Source of the DNA: Syntrophaceae bacterium
GTDB taxonomy: Bacteria > Desulfobacterota > Syntrophia > Syntrophales > Smithellaceae
Direction of reading: 5' to 3'
Assembly (NCBI GenBank): GCA_018056765.1
Contig: JAGPFA010000011.1
Span: 6,057-70,056 of the forward strand
Length of the DNA stretch: 64,000 nt
The notes under the pieces were generated by a model that saw only the letters and a list, made by a program, of their open reading frames with translations, was not told where the DNA came from and made no database searches. This document shows, in pieces, positions 18,895 to 27,952 of the stretch (position 1 is the stretch's first letter; each line of letters starts with the position of its first letter). Both the position numbers and the translations under genes were made by a program.

Positions 18895-19009
18895 GTGAAC
18901 CAACAAAAATCCCCCTCAGGGCAGCCACCCTGAGGGGGTTATTTCTACAGATCATGATTCTGTCGCAGCGGCCTGGTTGAGATACCGCTTCTTGAACTTG
19001 AACTGAGAA

Positions 19010-19285
19010 TCAGGTCACGATGTTTTTGACCACGTCGATGACCGGGTTGGTGAACAGCGCCATCAAAATCGTGTAAAGTGCAAAGGCGCCGACTGCTTCC
19101 GCTGTATACATACGCTCATACTTCCGCTTTAAGCTCACCAGAATCAGACCGCCAACAATCAGGCAGCCCAGCTGGAAGTAGGGAAAATTGGCCGCACCTG
19201 CCGCCGCATACTCGGCAAAGCCAAAGGTTGCTGTCAGAAGAACTACTGCCGCTGCCGCTACGATGGTTCCTAATGTCTTTTTCAT
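19010..19285 (-). CDS. Small membrane protein (signal peptide plus two hydrophobic helices), unknown function
   Basis: MKKTLGTIVAAAAVVLLTATFGFA signal-like N-terminus followed by two TM-like segments. SD GGAGG lies upstream (complement of CCTCC at 19296-19300). Confidence 0.55.
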   Translation of the reverse strand: MKKTLGTIVAAAAVVLLTATFGFAEYAAAGAANFPYFQLGCLIVGGLILVSLKRKYERMYTAEAVGAFALYTILMALFTNPVIDVVKNIVT

Positions 19286-19355
19286 GATCTGTTACCTCCT
19301 TAGTGTTTTGCTTGAGGGCCAGGGCCCTTGTTCGCTTTATTTGCCTTTATGCTAA

Positions 19356-19371
19356 TGAAATTTGCGTGCCA
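19356..19371 (-). promoter_or_regulatory. Candidate sigma-54 (-24/-12) promoter upstream of the 19285 small membrane protein gene
   Basis: The minus strand reads TGGCACG-CAAA-TTTCA. This matches the TGGCACG-N4-TTGCW consensus, except that the conserved G of the -12 GC is a T. Confidence 0.3.
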
Positions 19372-19624
19372 AAGTTTTAAAGGGGCGGCATAAAATATGA
19401 AAAAGGCAGCGCCCCAATTACCACCATTAACGTAACATCTTAATATCATAATTAAAATAGCTGCTCCAACCCCGCAACTTTTCGGGTAATAATCCGCAAT
19501 GCGTTTCAAAATCATCAAAAAAAAAATTAAAATAAACTCTTTCTGAGATGCTCTTGCACGAAATGTTCAACGTAATTGCAAGAAAGGTAAAAGCCGGCGT
19601 AGTTACACCGGATTATTTTTTTCA

Positions 19625-19653
19625 TTGACACAAGCTCATTGGAAGGCTTAAAT
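19625..19653 (+). promoter_or_regulatory. Candidate sigma-70 promoter for the Mla-like operon
   Basis: TTGACA (19625-19630), a 17-nt spacer, then TTAAAT (19648-19653), about 95 nt upstream of the 19748 start. Confidence 0.35.
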
Positions 19654-19747
19654 AACCGGTATTGTTTGGACTTTATGCTGACATACGATTTTTGTTTTCA
19701 AGATTGCCCCACAGCGCTCATCACTATGATGATGAAAAGATTTTGCC

Positions 19748-20917
19748 ATGACCTCCTTGACAGGTAAGCAAGACCGTCCCGGATTCACAGTTTCTTTCCG
19801 CGAGGAGGGAACGACTCTTTTTGCACAACTTGCCGGTGAATTCAGTCTCCAAAATCTGAGTGCCTTTACTGGTCAAATTAGGGAACGGATCAGTGCAGCC
19901 CGCCCCGGGGCCGTCATCTTCGATTTTTCCCGCGTGACTTATCTGGACAGCGCCGCTGCTCTGGCTTTTGTCAATTTCAGACGCACTCTCAGCGCGGGAA
20001 AGGTACACTGTCAGGAAATTAATATCAGCGACGACGCAAAAGGCATTTTCAGCGTGATCCGCGAGGAAGCGCTGGACCGGACGGCTTTGGCACCCGATGG
20101 CGGCCAGGGCGGCTTCATACAGCAGATAGGACAGGCCTCATTAACCATCGCACGTGATTTCTTTCATTTTGTCACTTTCCTGGGCGATATCATCACGGCC
20201 TTTGCCTATACGTTGAGACATCCGACATCTCTTAGGGGTAAAGATCTCCTTTTCTACGTTAAGCGCGCCGGCGTCGATGGTCTGCCGATCGTCGGACTGA
20301 TCGGGCTTTTGATGGGACTGATCATGGCGTTCATGGCTTATCTTCAATTTAAGCAGTTCGGCGCCAATATTTATGTTCCCTCGCTGGTAAGTTTCGCGAT
20401 GGTCAAGGAACTGGGGCCATTGATGACGGCCATCCTGGTGGCCGGCCGCTCCGGCTCTGCCTATGCGGCGGAAATCGGCACGATGGTCGTCAATGAGGAG
20501 GTTGACGCACTCAGAATCATGGGTTTTGATCCGGTACGCTTTCTGGCCGTTCCCAAGGTGCTGGCTACCGTCATTGTGGTGCCGATCCTGACGGTTTATG
20601 CTGATGTGTCCGGTGTCATAGGCGGTATGATTATCGGGGTCACCAGCCTTGATCTTAGTTTGAACTCCTATGTGACGCAATCCATCAAAGCAATCAGCGT
20701 CTTCGATGTCGTCACCAGTATGATCAAAGCGGCCGTTTTCGCCGGGCTGGTCTCTGCCGTCGGCTGCCAGCGGGGATTTATGGTCCGTGCCGGTGCCCAG
20801 GATGTCGGAAAATTCACGACCTCCGCCGTGGTTACCGCAATATTTATGATCGTGGTGGCAGATTCGATTTTCGCCATTATGCTCTATTACGTACGAAGGT
20901 ATGATTCTTTTTCCTGA
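19748..20917 (+). CDS. MlaE-family ABC permease with an N-terminal STAS (MlaB-like) domain fusion
   Basis: The first ~110 aa look like an anti-sigma-antagonist/STAS fold (LAGEFSLQNL...VIFDFSRVTYLDSAAALAFVNF). The remainder is a typical MlaE/Ttg2B permease (GLPIVGLIG..., AGRSGSAYAAEIGTMVVNEEVDAL). Confidence 0.8.
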   Translation: MTSLTGKQDRPGFTVSFREEGTTLFAQLAGEFSLQNLSAFTGQIRERISAARPGAVIFDFSRVTYLDSAAALAFVNFRRTLSAGKVHCQEINISDDAKGIFSVIREEALDRTALAPDGGQGGFIQQIGQASLTIARDFFHFVTFLGDIITAFAYTLRHPTSLRGKDLLFYVKRAGVDGLPIVGLIGLLMGLIMAFMAYLQFKQFGANIYVPSLVSFAMVKELGPLMTAILVAGRSGSAYAAEIGTMVVNEEVDALRIMGFDPVRFLAVPKVLATVIVVPILTVYADVSGVIGGMIIGVTSLDLSLNSYVTQSIKAISVFDVVTSMIKAAVFAGLVSAVGCQRGFMVRAGAQDVGKFTTSAVVTAIFMIVVADSIFAIMLYYVRRYDSFS

Positions 20918-20942
20918 ACATGCGCCTGAGGGTAACGTAACC

Positions 20943-21737
20943 ATGAAACGAAACAGGAAAGCAGTTATCGAAGTAAGAAACCTCTCTGCACGCTTCGGGG
21001 ACAATATTGTTTTTGAAGGCGTGAGTTTTGATGTTCACCAGGGCGAGGTGCTGGTGATTGTCGGCGAATCAGGTTGCGGCAAATCGACTCTTTTGAGAAT
21101 AATGATCGGCCTGCAAAAACCTTACGCCGGACAGGTTTTCTATGAGGGGACGGAAATCACCTCCGCTTCCGAATCTGTTTTGAACGAGTATTACCGGAAT
21201 ATCGGCGTTCTGTTCCAGGCGGGTGCTCTGTTGAGCTCGATGACGATCAGGGAAAACATCGAGCTGCCCCTTCAGGCACACACAGATCTGGAGGCGGACA
21301 GAATCAATCAAATAATCAAGATGAAGCTCGGCATGGTCAGCCTGGAGGGATACGATAACCACTATCCGGCTGAACTTTCCGGCGGCATGAGAAAAAGAGC
21401 GGGGATCGCCCGGGCCATGGCGCTCGATCCGCGCGTGCTTTTCTTCGACGAACTGTCCGCCGGTCTCGACCCGGTCACCGCCGTCGAACTGGACGATCTG
21501 ATCACAAAAACCAACGAAGCTCTCGGCACAACTATGGTGATTGTCACCCACGAACTGGAATCTATTTACAAAATAGCCCACAGAGTGTTAATGTTGGACA
21601 AGCAGGCGGCTGGGATCATCGCGGAGGGGACACCCGCGGAACTGAAGGAACGCACCGACGACCAGCGCGTGAAAAGTTTCTTTTTGCGCCAGTCGCCGGC
21701 AATACCGGCTCATCAGGGGATATATGGCGACAAATAG
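20943..21737 (+). CDS. MlaF-like ABC transporter ATP-binding protein
   Basis: Walker A GESGCGKST, signature LSGGMRKRAGIARA, Walker B VLFFDE. Start chosen at MKRNRKAV (ATG 20943). Confidence 0.85.
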   Translation: MKRNRKAVIEVRNLSARFGDNIVFEGVSFDVHQGEVLVIVGESGCGKSTLLRIMIGLQKPYAGQVFYEGTEITSASESVLNEYYRNIGVLFQAGALLSSMTIRENIELPLQAHTDLEADRINQIIKMKLGMVSLEGYDNHYPAELSGGMRKRAGIARAMALDPRVLFFDELSAGLDPVTAVELDDLITKTNEALGTTMVIVTHELESIYKIAHRVLMLDKQAAGIIAEGTPAELKERTDDQRVKSFFLRQSPAIPAHQGIYGDK

Positions 21738-22656
21738 CACAAAGTTTTTAATAGGTCTTTTTGTCATCGTCGGCGTGCTGATCTTCGCAGGAGTTCTCAT
21801 CTGGATCGGAGCAGCCAAATTTTTCGCCAAGGGGTCGCTCTACTCGGTGTATTTTGACGAATCAGTGCAGGGCCTCCAGGTGGATTCCGCCATCAAGTAC
21901 CGGGGCGTGGCCATCGGCAATGTGAAACGAATTGGTGTCGCCCCGGATTACCGCCTGATCGAGGTGATCATGAAAATCAATCTAAGGGGTGAGATGGCCC
22001 AACAGACCATCGCCTCGCTGAAAACGGCCGGCATCACCGGGGTGGTTTTTATCGAACTCGATCAGATCAGTGAAGGAGAACTGGCAGGCTCGCCAAAACT
22101 TTCCTTCAAGCCCCCCTATCCGGTGATCCCGTCGCGTCTGTCGGAAATCAGTCGTATTCTGTCGGATGCGGGGGATGTCATGCAGAAAGTAGGCACGATC
22201 GATTTCCAGGCCATCTCCGACAATCTGCAACAGACCACTGAAGCGATCAGAAAATTCATGGAAGGAAACCGTCTTCACAATATCCTGGCCAATCTGGAAT
22301 CAATCTCCTCCCGACTCGATGAAAGCATCGCGCAGGTTAACCGTATTACTAAGGAAGGTAAAGTGGATCAAACACTGGATGAAGCGCTGGGCGTCCTGAC
22401 GGACGCCCGCCGCCTGGTCAGACAGGCCGATCGCGAGCTTCAGGCCCTGAAACTGGCCGAAAAAGAAACGCAGGCGGCCCAGATACTCCAGGACGTGGAT
22501 ATGAAGACAAAGACCATCACCAATGAACTTCAGGACACAACGGAAAATCTGCGCATCACTTCGGAAAATCTGAAAACGCTGGCCGACAGACTCAACCGCG
22601 ACCCCTCGGAGCTGATCTTTACCAAACCGGCGCCGCCACGTAAACCAATGGAATAA
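21724..22656 (+). CDS. MlaD-like single-MCE-domain protein with a long C-terminal helical extension
   Basis: N-terminal TM anchor, then an MCE core (VYFDESVQGLQVDSAIKYRGVAIGNVKRI). About 150 aa of heptad-like helical sequence follows, up to a Pro-rich C-terminus. Confidence 0.8.
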   Translation: MATNSTKFLIGLFVIVGVLIFAGVLIWIGAAKFFAKGSLYSVYFDESVQGLQVDSAIKYRGVAIGNVKRIGVAPDYRLIEVIMKINLRGEMAQQTIASLKTAGITGVVFIELDQISEGELAGSPKLSFKPPYPVIPSRLSEISRILSDAGDVMQKVGTIDFQAISDNLQQTTEAIRKFMEGNRLHNILANLESISSRLDESIAQVNRITKEGKVDQTLDEALGVLTDARRLVRQADRELQALKLAEKETQAAQILQDVDMKTKTITNELQDTTENLRITSENLKTLADRLNRDPSELIFTKPAPPRKPME

Positions 22657-22679
22657 GGAAAGGAAAGGAAAAGACACCC

Positions 22680-23351
22680 ATGCATTACTCCATGCCCCCG
22701 CAACCGCGCCTCGGGAAAATGCTCAGGCATGCTTGCCGGCTGACACTTGCTTTGGCCTTTGTGTTTCTGGCCGCCGGCTGTGCCGGCGGATCCAGACCCG
22801 CCTACAGCATTGACAAATATCTGTTGAGCTGGCCGCCTTCCGTCCGCGATGAGGCGGGGACTCTGCCAGCCAGCATCAAGTTCAACCGTTTTTCGGTGGC
22901 CGCCGCCTATAACTCAACCGACATGATCTTCCGCGATGATGATTTCGGTTTCGACTCGTTCAATTATTCAAGGTGGGCGGTGAATCCGGCAGACATGCTC
23001 GCCGACGGCATTGTCGCCGACATGAGGACAGGCGGGATATTTCAAGCCGTCTTCTCGCGACATGAAACAGGCAGCGGGCGGTTTGTCGTTTCCGGAGGCA
23101 TTGAAGAATTTTATCTGCGCTCGGAGGCGGGCCAGAAGAAGGCGCTGATCAGCGTGTCGCTGGCCGTCGAAGATACACGGGAAAAAGAAACAGACAAAAG
23201 GCTTTTGTTTCAAAAGAAATACCACACAGAAGAATCTCTCCGGGAACAATCACCGCGGGGGTACGCCCGAGCGGCAAGCCGGGCCGCGCAAATAATTTCC
23301 CGGGAAGCCATCAGTGACATTTACGCAGCGGCTAAAAGCCGTCTGAAATGA
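22680..23351 (+). CDS. ABC-type transport auxiliary lipoprotein (PqiC/DUF330-like)
   Basis: Lipobox LAAGC, then a Y-x-L...NSTDMIFRDD...YSRWAVNPADML pattern typical of the PqiC-like family that accompanies MCE transporters. Confidence 0.65.
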   Translation: MHYSMPPQPRLGKMLRHACRLTLALAFVFLAAGCAGGSRPAYSIDKYLLSWPPSVRDEAGTLPASIKFNRFSVAAAYNSTDMIFRDDDFGFDSFNYSRWAVNPADMLADGIVADMRTGGIFQAVFSRHETGSGRFVVSGGIEEFYLRSEAGQKKALISVSLAVEDTREKETDKRLLFQKKYHTEESLREQSPRGYARAASRAAQIISREAISDIYAAAKSRLK

Positions 23352-23761
23352 GGATAAAAAAGATGCTCAGGGAATTTTCGCTGAAAACCGGCGCCCGCCA
23401 TGAAATGATCGACATCACGGCGATCGTGCAACAAGCCCTCAAAGAGGAAAAAATCCAATCGGGAATCGCCCTGATCTACACTCCCCATACCACCGCCGCC
23501 ATAACCATCAACGAAAATGCCGATCCGGATGTGCCTCACGATATTCTGGCTGCGCTCGACCGCGCTGTCCCATTGGCCGCAAACTACCGGCATGCGGAGG
23601 GTAATTCGGCGGCTCATGTCAAATCATCGCTGGTGGGCGCCTCCGAAACGGTCATCATCGAAAACGGCCGTCTGATTTTAGGCACCTGGCAATCTGTTTT
23701 TTTCTGTGAATTCGACGGCCCGAGATCAAGAAAAGTAATGATAAAACTCATCGGCGCGTAA
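23348..23761 (+). CDS. yjbQ: YjbQ/UPF0047 family protein (secondary thiamine-phosphate synthase-like)
   Basis: 137 aa. GIALIYTPHTTAAITINENADPDVPHD and HVKSSLVG are hallmark UPF0047 segments. The start overlaps the upstream stop (ATGA). Confidence 0.85.
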   Translation: MRIKKMLREFSLKTGARHEMIDITAIVQQALKEEKIQSGIALIYTPHTTAAITINENADPDVPHDILAALDRAVPLAANYRHAEGNSAAHVKSSLVGASETVIIENGRLILGTWQSVFFCEFDGPRSRKVMIKLIGA

Positions 23762-23787
23762 AAGGCTATCAGGAAGTCGGACACGCA

Positions 23788-24588
23788 TCAGCCGCCGCTC
23801 CTGGTTTTGGCATTTTTGACCTTTCTTAGGACGTCGATCATTTGTTCGTGAAGCAGGCGGTTGGAAGCCACCAGTCCCGCGGAATATAAATCCCATGCTT
23901 CCCCCTGTAAATCGGAAACAATACCACCCGCCTCCCGGACAAGCAGACAGCCGGCGGCCGTATCCCAGGGTTTGAGTTTCAGTTCCCAGAAACCATCGAT
24001 CCTTCCCGCAGCCAGATAAGCCAGGTCCAGGGCCGCCGCGCCCGGACGGCGCACGGCCTGGGCGCTTACCGCCATTGCATTGAAGTAATCAAGATTGTTT
24101 TGGCGGCTGACACGGATATCATATGGAAAACCGGTGGCCAGAAGAGCGTGGGACAATTCATCCACCGTGGAGACCTGAAGCCTGCGACCATTGAGAAAAG
24201 CTCCGCCCCCGCAGGTGGCCTGAAAAAGTTCGTCTCTCAACGGATCATAAACAACCCCCTCCTCCACGATACCCTCCTGTTCAAAGGCAATCGACACGCA
24301 AAAAAAAGGGAATCCATGCGCATAGTTGGTGGTCCCGTCCAGCGGGTCGATAATCCAACGAACGGGGGCCTGATCATTTTTTACGGCTGATTCCTCCGAC
24401 AAAATTCCGTGCTCCGGGTAGCGGCGGTTTATCTGTGTCAGTATCAGATCCTCCGACATTTTGTCCGCCTCCGTTACCAGGTCGATCGTTCCCTTGTAAA
24501 AGACCCGGTTTTGACCGGTAAATTTTTCCACCAGCAGTGCTCCCGCATCGCGGGCCAGTGCCCGGGCAAATTCGGCAATCTCTTTCAT
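23788..24588 (-). CDS. suhB: Inositol monophosphatase family protein
   Basis: Motifs LSEES, WIIDPLDGTTNY and WDTAAG. Confidence 0.85.
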   Translation of the reverse strand: MKEIAEFARALARDAGALLVEKFTGQNRVFYKGTIDLVTEADKMSEDLILTQINRRYPEHGILSEESAVKNDQAPVRWIIDPLDGTTNYAHGFPFFCVSIAFEQEGIVEEGVVYDPLRDELFQATCGGGAFLNGRRLQVSTVDELSHALLATGFPYDIRVSRQNNLDYFNAMAVSAQAVRRPGAAALDLAYLAAGRIDGFWELKLKPWDTAAGCLLVREAGGIVSDLQGEAWDLYSAGLVASNRLLHEQMIDVLRKVKNAKTRSGG

Positions 24589-24770
24589 AAAACTAATACT
24601 CCCTGTGCCAATAATCGTGAACTGATTTAAATCATAAATCAGCGCAAAAAGTAAGGGAGATCACACCAGAGCCGCCTAAAAAATCAATAACTTCTTTTAT
24701 AAAAAGTTGCGCTCTGCAATAAATAGTGTTAAGCATACGTCAATTATTCCAGCACGGTTACGGCAGGCAT

Positions 24771-25625
24771 ATGACCATAGAACTTGACACAAATGCCCCG
24801 GCAACTGATCTGAAAACGGCGCGGGAAAATTCCGGTCTGACCCTGAAGGAATTATTCAAACGCACACGGATCAGTGTCGTCAATCTGGAGGCGATTGAAA
24901 ACGGCGCTTTTCATTTGCTCCCCGTGCCCCTGTACACACGGAATTTCATTAAAACGTATGCCGCGGCTCTGGGTGTGGACAGCAGCCCTGTACTGGCCCG
25001 CTACGAAGAATACCTCCGGAATGTCCATGCCAGGGAAAAAGCCCTCGCGGATGTGCCCCAGCCGGGAGTATTTGCCCAAATCATACGCAAACATAAAACC
25101 ATATTGTGGATCGCAGGTATTTTTATTATTTTCCTTGCCGTGTCTTTTCTGGTAAGTGTCGCCTACAAACCTGCAGGGGATTTCTCCGGAGGACCGACCG
25201 CCGCTGCGGAGCGGGAAGGCTCCCCCTCCGCAAGTCAAATCCTCCCGCAGGCAGACGATCGGCCGGAGGCCGGCGACGGGAAAAAACCGTCTGATGAAAT
25301 GGTATCTCAGGCGACAGTAAAAACCGAAGACGCCGCCGCGACGGCAGGCCAAATCGAAACCCCTGCCATAGTTCCGGCCGATGCCGGAGAAGGTAAAGAG
25401 TTTCTCCTGGCCGTGGAAGCCACAGAAGAAACCTGGCTCCGTATTCAAAGTGATGATAAGGAGCCGGTGGAGGTTTTACTCAAGCGCGGAGATAAAATCG
25501 CCCGCAAGGCAGAGCGATTCCGCGTGGACATTGGTAACGCCGGAGGCATCCGGATAAGTTTCGATGGGAAAGCAATAGAAAATTTAGGAAAGCCGGGACA
25601 GGTGATTCACCTGCACCTGCCGTAA
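24771..25625 (+). CDS. RodZ-like protein (HTH domain, TM segment, DUF4115-type C-terminal domain)
   Basis: N-terminal HTH (LKTARENSGLTLKELFKRTRISVVNLEAIE), a central TM helix, a low-complexity linker, and a C-terminal beta-rich domain (WLRIQSDDKEPVEVLLKRGDK...IGNAGGIRISFDGK). Confidence 0.65.
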   Translation: MTIELDTNAPATDLKTARENSGLTLKELFKRTRISVVNLEAIENGAFHLLPVPLYTRNFIKTYAAALGVDSSPVLARYEEYLRNVHAREKALADVPQPGVFAQIIRKHKTILWIAGIFIIFLAVSFLVSVAYKPAGDFSGGPTAAAEREGSPSASQILPQADDRPEAGDGKKPSDEMVSQATVKTEDAAATAGQIETPAIVPADAGEGKEFLLAVEATEETWLRIQSDDKEPVEVLLKRGDKIARKAERFRVDIGNAGGIRISFDGKAIENLGKPGQVIHLHLP

Positions 25626-25643
25626 AAGAAAGAAGGTGTACCC

Positions 25644-25826
25644 ATGTTTGGTTTTGGAATTCAAGAGTTATTGATCATACTGGTTATTGTTTTGATCATT
25701 TTCGGTGCCGGAAAGCTGCCGCAAATCGGCTCCGCCCTCGGTCAAAGCATCAGAAACTTTAAAAAATCAGTCTCTGGCCAGAACGACTCGACAAATCAGC
25801 CGGTAAAAAAAGAAGAAGACAAGTAG
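25644..25826 (+). CDS. tatA: Twin-arginine translocase subunit TatA/E
   Basis: [41 protein letters not shown] is the canonical TatA TM helix, hinge (FGxxKLP) and amphipathic helix. Confidence 0.85.
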   Translation: MFGFGIQELLIILVIVLIIFGAGKLPQIGSALGQSIRNFKKSVSGQNDSTNQPVKKEEDK

Positions 25827-25868
25827 CGCCTGTCTGTTCCCTATCGATTAATCGTCAAAGCCCGTGGT

Positions 25869-26270
25869 TCAAAACGGAACGTCCTCAGGCTGGTCACCGC
25901 CTGGCGGCATCGTGGACGCGGCGGCATCGTCTGGTTTGCTCTGCCCCTTGGGATCGAGCATCTTCATGTCGTTGGCCACGATTTCCGTCGTGTAGCGTTT
26001 CACGCCTTCCTTATCTTCCCAGGCACGCGTCTGAATACGGCCTTCAATAAAAACCAGTTTCCCCTTGACCAGGTAATTTCCACAAATTTCCGCGAGTTTG
26101 CCGAAAGTGACAATACGGTGCCACTCTGTTTTTTGGACTTTTTCGCCGCTTTTATCCCTCCACTGTTCATCAGTGGCCAGGCTGAAATTGGTAACCATGG
26201 TCCCATCCGGCGTATAGCGGATTTCCGGATCCTTGCCCAGCCTGCCGATAAGTATCGCCTTGTTGATCAT
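25869..26270 (-). CDS. ssb: Single-stranded DNA-binding protein
   Basis: [22 protein letters not shown]-fold start, TEWHRIV, and an acidic tail ending DVPF. Confidence 0.9.
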   Translation of the reverse strand: MINKAILIGRLGKDPEIRYTPDGTMVTNFSLATDEQWRDKSGEKVQKTEWHRIVTFGKLAEICGNYLVKGKLVFIEGRIQTRAWEDKEGVKRYTTEIVANDMKMLDPKGQSKPDDAAASTMPPGGDQPEDVPF

Positions 26271-26441
26271 TTTCCCCCCCTGTAAGTAAAGTGTCGTGCA
26301 TCATACATAACATGCCGCCCGTAGGCAAACACATTTTTACCCTCGCGAAAACACCCTTGCCCGGGCTCTCCTGCACAATCTGACTTGACTTAAGGCCAAA
26401 AAAAATATAGGGAAACTGACTTTAGAAAAAATGGAGACATT

Positions 26442-27923
26442 ATGGAAGACAGCGATCTTTTAAGGGCTCGTTTCGAAAAAATCACGGCCCTGAAAGCAGC
26501 CGGAGTCAATTTATACCCCAACGATATCAAGCCCCAAAATACAACCGCCGAAATCATTGAACGCCTCGGCGAAGCATCCACCGATGAGCTGGGCAAGCTT
26601 GCCGAAACCTTTTCAGTCGCCGGCCGGTTGATGGCTGTGCGCAATTTCGGTAAGGCGGCCTTCATCAAAATTCAGGACCGCACAGGCCGGATACAGTGTT
26701 ATCTGGCAAAAAATATCTTGAGCGAGCATGATTTTGCCCTGTTCAAAAAGCTGGACATAGGTGACATTGTTTATGTTTCGGGAAAAATGTTCCGGACAAA
26801 AACGGATGAGCTGACCATCGAAGCCGCAAGTATCCGTCTTGCCGCCAAAGCGATACACCCCCTGCCGGAAAAATGGCACGGCCTGACCGATATAGAAACC
26901 CGCTACCGTCAGCGCCATCTCGATTTAATTTCCAACCCGCAGGTCAGGGAAATTTTTCACAGGCGCAGCAAGATCATTAAACTAATCCGTGAATTCATGG
27001 ACAACCACGATTTTCTGGAAGTGGAAACGCCCATGATGCAGCCGCAGGCCGGCGGCGCGGTCGCCCGCCCTTTCAAAACCCATCACAACGCCCTGGGCCA
27101 GGATTTCTACCTGCGGATCGCGCCGGAGCTTTACTTAAAGCGCCTGGTCACCGGCGGTCTGGAAAGGGTCTATGAAATTAACCGTAACTTCCGTAATGAG
27201 GGCATCTCCACCTTTCACAATCCGGAATTCACCATGATGGAGTTTTATTTAAGCTATGCCACCTATACGGACCTGATGTCCTTTACGGAAGAGTTGTTTG
27301 CTTTCATCGCCCACAATATTTTCAATAAACTCACTTTTACCTATCAGGGACAGGAAATCGACCTGACTCCACCGTGGCGGCGCCTGTCCGTGAAAGACGC
27401 CCTGCTGCAGATCGCCGGTATGGATCCTGATGCGCTCACTGATATCGGCCGTGCCGCCGCTTTCGCCCGCGAGGCAGGATGTAATATCAAGCCGGCGGAT
27501 CCGCCGGGAAAAATCCTTATGGCGATTTTCGACGAGCTCGTGGAAAAAAAGCTGATTCAACCCACTTTTGTAACAGACTATCCGGTCGCCGTATCGCCGC
27601 TGTCGAGGAGGTCGGAGACAAATCCGGAGCTGGTTGACCGGTTCGAGCTTTATATTTCAGGGCGGGAAATCGCCAACGCCTTTTCCGAGCTCAATGACCC
27701 GGCCGATCAAAGAGAGCGCTTCGTGCAGCAGCTCAAGGAACGGGAGGCGGGCGACGACGAGGCCCATGAGATGGATGAAGACTACATCCGCGTTTTGGAA
27801 TACGCCATGCCGCCCACCGCCGGAGAGGGTATCGGCATCGACCGGCTGGTTATGCTTTTTACCGACTCGGCATCCATCCGCGACGTTATCTTGTTTCCTC
27901 TACTGAGAACTAAACAGGGATAG
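26442..27923 (+). CDS. lysS: Lysine--tRNA ligase (class II)
   Basis: 493 aa with an OB anticodon-binding N-terminus and class II motifs (FLEVETPMMQ, YLRIAPELYLKRL, NRNFRNEG, GIGIDRLVMLFTD). Confidence 0.95.
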   Translation: MEDSDLLRARFEKITALKAAGVNLYPNDIKPQNTTAEIIERLGEASTDELGKLAETFSVAGRLMAVRNFGKAAFIKIQDRTGRIQCYLAKNILSEHDFALFKKLDIGDIVYVSGKMFRTKTDELTIEAASIRLAAKAIHPLPEKWHGLTDIETRYRQRHLDLISNPQVREIFHRRSKIIKLIREFMDNHDFLEVETPMMQPQAGGAVARPFKTHHNALGQDFYLRIAPELYLKRLVTGGLERVYEINRNFRNEGISTFHNPEFTMMEFYLSYATYTDLMSFTEELFAFIAHNIFNKLTFTYQGQEIDLTPPWRRLSVKDALLQIAGMDPDALTDIGRAAAFAREAGCNIKPADPPGKILMAIFDELVEKKLIQPTFVTDYPVAVSPLSRRSETNPELVDRFELYISGREIANAFSELNDPADQRERFVQQLKEREAGDDEAHEMDEDYIRVLEYAMPPTAGEGIGIDRLVMLFTDSASIRDVILFPLLRTKQG

Positions 27924-27952
27924 CCCGTAATATTACGGCAGGATATATTTTT

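Noticed and set aside
19300-19518. 72-aa minus-strand ORF upstream of the small membrane protein gene
   Set aside because: It lies in AT-rich sequence, lacks an SD sequence and has an odd composition. It also overlaps the candidate promoter of the downstream gene.
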